A stretch of DNA of 64,000 nt from a virus, in the IMG/VR virus record IMGVR_UViG_3300042305_002533, positions 1 to 64,000 of that record; one strand, written 5' to 3'. Positions within the stretch are counted from its first letter, which is position 1, and every line of letters begins with the position of its first letter. The notes beneath the pieces were generated by a model, which was given only the letters and a program-made list of their open reading frames with translations, was not told where the DNA came from and did no database searches. Positions 58,301 to 64,000 of this stretch are shown here, piece after piece. The position numbers were made by a program, and so were the translations under genes.

Positions 58301-58758
58301 TGCCGCCCGGCGGCTTGCCGGCGCTGTGCTGTACGGTGAACGAGGCGCCGCAAGTTATCCGCGCAGGTAAGGATGATTTTCTTATTGGGGTTTTCTACCG
58401 CGCACTTTACGGCGTACGTGTAAAGCACTTGCAGTGCCCCAAATTCACGCCGTGAAAGCACACGATCAACCGCCGTACGCAGCACGCGGCCTGCCGCGTC
58501 GTCAAAGGTTTCGTGACGTGTCTTAGGCAGGCCTGCGCCCTTACCGCCTATCAACACAAGGCGGGGTGGCGGCGCCGGAGCGTCGCCTACAACGATGATG
58601 TCGGCGCCTTCCGGGCCTCGATCATCTGGGTGGAAATGAGTGCCATTGAATGCCGGGCACCCGTTGCAACCAGCGCCCGCCTTGGCGCGCCACTCAGGAC
58701 GCGCGCAAAGCTGGCAGCTGAACGCCTCGGGCGGTTCAGACAGCGTTACCGTGGGCAT
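55393..58758 (-). CDS. polA: family A DNA polymerase with N-terminal UDG-like domain and 3'-5' exonuclease
   Basis: CNGCP..VGDAP..AG..L..AVKC; DTET, FNGKYD, YACVD; TGRLSS, NAQNIP, DAKGAE, R..K...FG.LYG, VQGT, VHD. Confidence 0.9.
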   Translation of the reverse strand: MPTVTLSEPPEAFSCQLCARPEWRAKAGAGCNGCPAFNGTHFHPDDRGPEGADIIVVGDAPAPPPRLVLIGGKGAGLPKTRHETFDDAAGRVLRTAVDRVLSRREFGALQVLYTYAVKCAVENPNKKIILTCADNLRRLVHRTAQRRQAAGRQNKIVVIACGVAALVALGVSVRSEDEALNRIFEDVDVAGVKVNVVFTRSLKAHGTQDGKFNTLLADIERAARLATSSLIRVKSREEIEKGFVYPKTLEEIRKLVDHVIGYSEFDIPPMSWKISFDTETNTLHPNWDGTKLLSVSFAWATSKAASVALWHPRNDMYDPAAAYEEIKRLLTSGKPIIWFNGKYDYKVFWRLGWPQGDVGNVAWDALLAEHVLEEDKKKFYSLKMLTKQFLPELAGYEDRLQGMLEEANERVDAAQPSTEGKTLRLPPAVAAALDTLLKKKVLKTQRFQVKTLETAVKDPKWAEIKDQIQLVLNAKKSGEFQTKADKAPSKKKKTGGFESIPLQELMFYACVDADATRRIAVIQVQRMHEEDFALSQLRNKIEEAVKLGRRDPFTVQRLCPTPSPLRKLVQDDYLPRQRELAKIEYNGMRVDLNYCTWGAESLGQTVEHTRQQIFELAGGDEFKLGSTKRLGQLFFGDGYIHPDPEAADKLAAEYPGLVNFDGKRISYKAQAYTAKGAIQVSDGVMKSLVARYKCPLANLLLAHKKADKGKNTFFANIEALATYFGDGKLHAGYGLTSTSTGRLSSAVQVGDARFNAQNIPKGLIGALRDLKGALVLSDEGRPVFEGVNCKKLFVPDDDSYCFGNADAKGAEVSIYSAYSKDQALIAALQDGLDAHCFFGSECLNPKLVAAGLSGESRRIALVNAGIDDDHEWSYEDFLKGKDGLLPDKAYGKRLKALRDNIKRLVFGMLYGAGIKKIAEIAGISHEFAKKIQELLFTKFPTIRTFMDRTKWELRTFGMVEAFNGRRRRFLIGAGAPNELRAQAERRAINFKVQGTNSDIVLSVLCWLAPVIENDLRGRLLLTVHDSIGFQVPKKYAHQVRDIFTQYGTNRVAEAFPWMPVPYRWDVELGPSYGEVMDFEKYVKALPAPTPEPQFDGYTEEEQFDDLRDPDGFEMPERTRAP

Positions 58759-58766
58759 AGCCCCTC

Positions 58767-61700
58767 CTAGAAGTTGTCGACTGCCTCAAGACGCACTGCG
58801 TCTGTCTTGGCAGAAGTAAGCGCGACGCCGGTATAGGACGCGGCCCGCGCCATGACCTGTTCTCTCAAACGGCCAATCGACAAAACAGAAATCTCGTACT
58901 CAAGCGCCGTGATGTTGTTGGCGGCTAGCGCCTCCATCACCCCGAGCTCTCTATAACGGTGCGGCCGAACAACGTCCGGATGGTGATCAAGCAACGCTTT
59001 GAGCTGATGCGGCGTGTGCTTGTTCAGATCGTTCATCCGATAAACGGCGCCACCCGGAGATGTCGCGGCAACAAAGTCCACAATCAACGTCCAGTTATTG
59101 GGGTTCAACGTGATCCCAATACCGGCTCCGTTGAGTAGCTCGTAACCGCTCGGCATCGTTGCGCACTGCATCACGGACAAAAACGCGTTACGCGAATTAG
59201 GCACGGGCACAATCGGCGCACGTAGCAGCTTGTCGTAAACGATGCCGCTGGTGCTGTTCGCCGCCTGCGAAAGCAGGCGATTTTTGCGAGACTCGATCAT
59301 CTCGACGACCATCGGCTCCCAGTCAAGCCCAAGCGTTTGGAGCACAGCGCCGATAGGCGCGAAGTTACGTAGAAAGCGCGTCGGCGCCTGAAAGGATGCC
59401 AGCTGCTTTTCGTTCAATATTTTGTATATCTCGTTTTGGCTGCGCCGCAGACGCGGCATCAAACGCAGCAAACCGATCGAGAGGTCGCGGCGAATTTTGG
59501 CGATCTCCCCGGGCGCGCACATCTTCGCCAAGGTAATCACAGGGTCACGCTGGCTGTCGGAACGCACAGTCTCGACGATGTAGGACCGGTTTGCGTCCTG
59601 TACGTCGCGCGGCTCCTGCACCTGCGTCATGGACACGTTCATTCGCAAGAAATACTCAAGCAGCTTGCCGTGGGGCCCGAAGCGCTTGATGACGGCGCCG
59701 CCCGCGTAAATCACTTGGCGCAACATCTCTTGAATGTCTTCGAGGGCCTTCGTCTTATGCGTGGCGACGTTGGCGTCTTGCGAAGCTTCTTCCAGCACCG
59801 CCGACAGCGATGACCGGTTGAACATCAAGTAAATCGAAGCGAGCGTATACCCGGTAAGGTACGCAGAGTGTTCAACGATCTGCAAATCCGGATACTGCCC
59901 CCTGCCGAGAAAGCCTTGTGCCGTGGACTTACCGGAGTTTGACTCGCCGATGATCCGAAGAATGAGCTTGATATCGAACGCATCGCCAGCCGAAAACACG
60001 AAGATAATCGCGGCCAGGAACATCACGTCCTGGCGCTGTGTACGAAACTTCCAGCCGGCGTCCAAGAACTCACATAGCCGAAAGAAGTGTGCGCGCAGGG
60101 TGTCAATCGTGACGTCGTTGCCCTCTAATAGGTCGTCAACGCCCTGGATATTCATTGAATAACTTGGGACGCCGGGCATGAAGATGTAGCGCCCGTCAAT
60201 CGGCCCCGGGAGCTCTTTGGCCGTGAGCCGGTCTGTACGGCTGTCGACGATCAACTTGTACCAGCGGTCGCCGTTGTGAATCCGTACGATGGCGAGCTCC
60301 GGGTCGTCCGGGTGCGTTTCAAAGTGCGTCCCAGCGCCAAGCGGAAGGCACTCGTCCTGCGTGAGCACGCCCTGGAAAATGGACTGAAACGCAATCTTCA
60401 AATAATCAGCGATAAGCTTCTGCCCGTCACGGATCACAACCGAGCCCGGCACGTGTTCTTCGCCCTCACGCCGTCCAGGCAGGCCGATATGGTCGTTGAA
60501 ATACGTGTACATCTCGCCGTAAATGTTCGACAGCGCGGCGACCATTCCTGGGCCGTCTGTTACGCACAGCGTCAGGTGACGGCGAGTTTCTTTGTGAAAT
60601 AAGTACAACATCCCTGGCCGAAGCGTTTCGTCTTTAAAGAGGACGACGAAATCGGTCTTGAATGTTTCAACGATGCGCGCGATGAAACCCGCCTCATCGT
60701 CTTTGATCTTAACGATCGCGGCACGAAGGGGCCCGGGCGGAATACCGAGCGCGCTGGCAACGCGCGTAACAAACGCTGACAAAAGGGCCGGGTGCCGGAC
60801 GCAGTACCCGAACTCCACGGCCTTGCTTTGGCGCCCGAGAATGTTGTTCTCGGGAACCGTGAGCCCCTCTTCAATGGCGCGGTCGGAGGCCCAGGCGTCT
60901 GCCGGGATAAAGCTCCGCGCTGCCTCGTCAAAGATGAGGCGCTTGAAGTGGTCCCAGCCGTGGTGCTGCACCGCGTCGTCGGGGTCTTTGACGGTGAGGA
61001 TGTTATCCCGAAGGTCTTCCCACCGAACAAAGACGCGCGGCTGTAAGTGAAGAGCCGTCGACAGCTTGATCTTGATTTGGGCCTCACCCTTCCCATACGC
61101 CGGGTCGGGGTGGTCCATCAGAAAGTCGGCCGTTTCAAATCCCGCCCGGTAGATCATGTCGGAGTCGTTGTTGGACCCCGCCGACGCAATGACCAAAACG
61201 TCCGGTATCGCAGAGTCGATCAGCTTTTCGTGAATCGCGAGCATGGACATCTCGCTCTCCACGACTACGACCCGCACTTGCTCAACGTCCATCCGCCGAA
61301 GGCCGTTGTTCTGCGGCAGAAGCAGGCCAAGGTAGCCAACGGGATCATTGTCAGTGAACCCCGGCAGCATCCAGAAGTTATTGTCAGTCCCCGGGTCGCG
61401 TGTGACCCGGCGGCATCGGATGCGGCCCGAAAGGGTCGTGGAGTAGCCTGTGTGAAATGTCACGGCGTGAAGATGCTCGGCCGGAACGGCCTTGTGCATC
61501 GCCATCAACTTGTCAAAGAGAACTACCCGCCGGTCAGAGCTGTAGGCTGACGTCAGCACCCCGGCTTGAAGCTTGATCGTCCAGATCTGATCAATGGCGC
61601 GTTTTGCAAGCTCTTGAAAGATCTTGTCGGCCGGCATCACGCCGTAAGGCGCATAAGCGGTCTTGTCCGGATTGAGGCGCCGCTGCTTGAAAAGCCAATC

Positions 61701-62246
61701 CAGCACCGGCCGCACCGTGTGAAAAAGCGCATCGGTGTAGAGAGGCAAGTCACTGGGCTCGATTGGCGCGCGGTGAAGCGAATACGTGATCAAATTGATC
61801 AGGTGCGTATTGCAGATATCTCCAAAGAGCCGCGTGGCCTGATGATGAACATCAAGCTTCTCAAGTTGCTTGGAGACCTTTTCGTTTGCTACCCGCTGTC
61901 CGGTAATCTCATGAATCTTGATAATCGATTCAGCGTAGCTCAGCCCCAACGACGTCTGGAGCATATCGAGGAGGTTTCGCGTGCGGTAGCCGCACGATTT
62001 ACACACTGCTCGATTGATATTTGTGTAGATATAAAATGACGGCCGCCGGTCCTCGTGCCCCGGCGCCAAACAATTCATCAAGAGCGTGGTTGCACCCCGC
62101 TGCTCAATCTTTTTGTTTGGATAAAGCTGCTCAAGGAGCAGCCTTAATTTTGAAACTTGAAGCCGGTCAAACAACGAGTCGCCAAACGAACTGCTGACCG
62201 TGGCTTCAGCAGCGGGCGCAGCAGCGTTGTTTTTTGTGCGAGCCAT
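58767..62246 (-). CDS. primase-helicase fusion (CHC2 Zn finger, TOPRIM-like, P-loop NTPase)
   Basis: C..GHEDRRPSF..CKSCG; VVESE..DHPD..DPDD; GESNSGKST; VLEE. Confidence 0.75.
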   Translation of the reverse strand: MARTKNNAAAPAAEATVSSSFGDSLFDRLQVSKLRLLLEQLYPNKKIEQRGATTLLMNCLAPGHEDRRPSFYIYTNINRAVCKSCGYRTRNLLDMLQTSLGLSYAESIIKIHEITGQRVANEKVSKQLEKLDVHHQATRLFGDICNTHLINLITYSLHRAPIEPSDLPLYTDALFHTVRPVLDWLFKQRRLNPDKTAYAPYGVMPADKIFQELAKRAIDQIWTIKLQAGVLTSAYSSDRRVVLFDKLMAMHKAVPAEHLHAVTFHTGYSTTLSGRIRCRRVTRDPGTDNNFWMLPGFTDNDPVGYLGLLLPQNNGLRRMDVEQVRVVVVESEMSMLAIHEKLIDSAIPDVLVIASAGSNNDSDMIYRAGFETADFLMDHPDPAYGKGEAQIKIKLSTALHLQPRVFVRWEDLRDNILTVKDPDDAVQHHGWDHFKRLIFDEAARSFIPADAWASDRAIEEGLTVPENNILGRQSKAVEFGYCVRHPALLSAFVTRVASALGIPPGPLRAAIVKIKDDEAGFIARIVETFKTDFVVLFKDETLRPGMLYLFHKETRRHLTLCVTDGPGMVAALSNIYGEMYTYFNDHIGLPGRREGEEHVPGSVVIRDGQKLIADYLKIAFQSIFQGVLTQDECLPLGAGTHFETHPDDPELAIVRIHNGDRWYKLIVDSRTDRLTAKELPGPIDGRYIFMPGVPSYSMNIQGVDDLLEGNDVTIDTLRAHFFRLCEFLDAGWKFRTQRQDVMFLAAIIFVFSAGDAFDIKLILRIIGESNSGKSTAQGFLGRGQYPDLQIVEHSAYLTGYTLASIYLMFNRSSLSAVLEEASQDANVATHKTKALEDIQEMLRQVIYAGGAVIKRFGPHGKLLEYFLRMNVSMTQVQEPRDVQDANRSYIVETVRSDSQRDPVITLAKMCAPGEIAKIRRDLSIGLLRLMPRLRRSQNEIYKILNEKQLASFQAPTRFLRNFAPIGAVLQTLGLDWEPMVVEMIESRKNRLLSQAANSTSGIVYDKLLRAPIVPVPNSRNAFLSVMQCATMPSGYELLNGAGIGITLNPNNWTLIVDFVAATSPGGAVYRMNDLNKHTPHQLKALLDHHPDVVRPHRYRELGVMEALAANNITALEYEISVLSIGRLREQVMARAASYTGVALTSAKTDAVRLEAVDNF

Positions 62247-62273
62247 GCGGGAGCCCTTTCCGCCTTGTGAGGC

Positions 62274-63113
62274 TTACAGATTAGTACCTCCGCGCTTCTT
62301 CTTCCGCTGCTCGACAACCTCTGCACCTACGCTGCAGGCATCAACGTAGCCACAGTAGTCACACTGCCACCCAGTTTCGGGCTCAGCTTTGTGCTCGTCG
62401 ATCAGTTGAAGTTTCCGCGCTGACTTGTTTAAATAAGTAGCAAGCCATGGCCGCAAGCCCACTACGGCCTCTCGGGTCCAGGCCCCGGAGTCGCCGTTCT
62501 CGCGCGGAAACCAATCTACGCTGTCCGTGCCGATATAGTTGATCCCGCACTGCACCGCGTGCACCGGGAAATTGGCCATGACCATGAGCATGTACGCGTA
62601 AAACTGCGTCGAATGCTCCTGAATCCTTTTCTTTTTCCCGCTCTTATGATCGAGCACGATCATCACGTTGTCGCGCGTGATCATGGCGTGATCAAGCACG
62701 CCGCGAAGTAAGCTCGTATTGTCGAAAAAAGAAGTGTGGGTGAAGTCAGCCTTCATCCCCAGCTGATGTTCGACAAACTCTTGCGTAACGCCGTTGGCTT
62801 CTTTAAAGCGCCGAATACGAACGCCGAAATCGGCAATCGCGGGCAGCCTAGTCAAAACCTCTCGGTGCTCGTCAGTGGTCAGTTCGTCTTTTGTGGTGGC
62901 TTCCGTCAGAAGCTTCGTAAGATCTTGCCCGTTCTGCTTGAGCTCAGCTTCAAGCAGCGCGTGCGCCACAACGCCCACTCGCGACGAAGAGCTCTTTCGC
63001 CCTTCTTTCTGCTTGCGGACGTATTTGTAATCAAACTGCACTCCGCAGAGATCGAGAAGGTTCGCCTTCGAGATAGACCACGGGCCGTGCTTGAGAACGC
63101 GCTCGTCGAACAT
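62274..63113 (-). CDS. PD-(D/E)xK Cas4/RecB-like nuclease
   Basis: WS.SK...C, G...H..LE, RG.LD..DHKSG, CDYC...C. Confidence 0.85.
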   Translation of the reverse strand: MFDERVLKHGPWSISKANLLDLCGVQFDYKYVRKQKEGRKSSSSRVGVVAHALLEAELKQNGQDLTKLLTEATTKDELTTDEHREVLTRLPAIADFGVRIRRFKEANGVTQEFVEHQLGMKADFTHTSFFDNTSLLRGVLDHAMITRDNVMIVLDHKSGKKKRIQEHSTQFYAYMLMVMANFPVHAVQCGINYIGTDSVDWFPRENGDSGAWTREAVVGLRPWLATYLNKSARKLQLIDEHKAEPETGWQCDYCGYVDACSVGAEVVEQRKKKRGGTNL

Positions 63114-63171
63114 AGTAAGCCCCTTCACGCCGTGAATTACCAGCCGCTGGAATGTATCAAAAAGACAAGAC

Positions 63172-63209
63172 AAGAAAAGCCCCGAGGCCGCCGTGGCGAC
63201 CTCGGGGCT
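63172..63209 (-). terminator. intrinsic terminator
   Basis: agccccgagg/cctcggggct followed by tttctt. Confidence 0.7.
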
Positions 63210-63226
63210 CCTCCCTACGCTACTGA

Positions 63227-64000
63227 CTACAGGTTGTTCTTGCTGTAGTCAGGAGCCATTCCAGCAGAGCTTGCAGCGGCCAGTAGCGCGTTCATGTCGG
63301 CCGGGGCATTGAGGACGGGAAGCGCCTTGGCGCCGCGCTCGTAGATGCCCCGAAGCTCGGGGGCATAGGCCTCGTGGAGAACGAGGCGGGCGAGCGTGCG
63401 CAGAACACCGCGCTCTGCCGCCGTGGTCGGTGCGCCTTGCGGCGCGTCATCCGTCACGTGAGGCGTCGCCGTAAGGGAAAACCAGCGCCCCTTGTCGTTG
63501 CGCTCTTCCGCGACACCGAGGTCAAACCACACGTCCCAGGGCTTACCCTTCTGACGGCGGATGGGCTCGACGGCCTTCTTGAGGCTTTGACCCTTCACGG
63601 TGATGGCATAGATGCCCTTGAAACCGTGAAGCACGAAGTAGATTCGCACTTCATCGGTGCAGCTATCTGCCGCCCACTTCCCGTTGGCGTACGGGCGATG
63701 CGGGCACGCGGCGCAGTTGCCATAACGGCTACCGCGCACGCGATCGAGCGAATAGCAGATCGGCGCCTTGCTATTCGGGTTCATGTCCGGAGGGACATTT
63801 GAGCGGTCATTGGCCGCTCGAAGTTGCCGCGTTTGAAGCACCTGCAGGATCGCCGCCTTGAAGGTCTTGCCGATCTTCAAAGAGCGGGCCTGCGCCTCGT
63901 TGAACGCCGCCAGCACAAGGCCGTCGGACGTATAGACCGAGCCGACGGGGGCCGTCGCCGGACGCGCCGGGTCGTCGCCGACGCCGTGATAGAGCTTGGC
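63227..64000 (-). CDS. Zn-binding replication-module protein (SSB/annealing-like), truncated at window edge
   Basis: Frame open to base 64000; PICYSLD..CAACP..C. Confidence 0.5.
   Translation of the reverse strand, partial: AKLYHGVGDDPARPATAPVGSVYTSDGLVLAAFNEAQARSLKIGKTFKAAILQVLQTRQLRAANDRSNVPPDMNPNSKAPICYSLDRVRGSRYGNCAACPHRPYANGKWAADSCTDEVRIYFVLHGFKGIYAITVKGQSLKKAVEPIRRQKGKPWDVWFDLGVAEERNDKGRWFSLTATPHVTDDAPQGAPTTAAERGVLRTLARLVLHEAYAPELRGIYERGAKALPVLNAPADMNALLAAASSAGMAPDYSKNNL

Noticed and set aside
51514-62246. Inteins or introns in terminase, polymerase or primase
   Set aside because: No C/S...HN splice junctions or LAGLIDADG blocks seen, and the frames are continuous.
62274-63113. CRISPR cas4 gene
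   Set aside because: It is a solo Cas4/RecB-like nuclease in a replication module, common in phages, with no cas1/cas2 or array here.
1-64000. Stop-codon reassignment
   Set aside because: Long genes are intact in code 11, TAA, TAG and TGA all end coupled genes, and there is no suppressor tRNA.

Overview
This is a gene-dense, moderately GC-rich 64-kb piece of a large tailed dsDNA phage with myovirus-like, jumbo-phage-like organisation. The host cannot be determined from the sequence. (1) 1-23.9 kb is mostly minus strand and carries many small accessory genes, a D6/D11 (NPH-I/VETF)-like SF2 helicase, nine tRNAs that all have U34 (including a rare tRNA-Ile UAU), a DenV-like glycosylase, Gp88-like and DUF932-like proteins, a GHKL ATPase and a DinG helicase. 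(2) 23.9-53.2 kb is a plus-strand virion module. It holds a tail chaperone with a -1 frameshift, tape measure, baseplate and fibre genes, an embedded sigma-70-family factor, an antisense ruvC, a KxA-rich putative head protein and the large terminase. (3) 53.2-54.8 kb is a tandem array of promoter-ORF-structured terminator cassettes that ends in a probable structured ncRNA. (4) 54.8-64 kb is a minus-strand replication module: DnaQ-like exonuclease, UDG-fused family A DNA polymerase, primase-helicase and a Cas4-like nuclease. The strongest novel candidates are a non-sigma70 promoter motif A(4-6)-N(14-15)-GGTAYAAG (8 copies), the cassette array, two structured ncRNA candidates and a KxA proteolytic or packaging motif. 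All product calls come from motifs recognised by eye; no database search was run.
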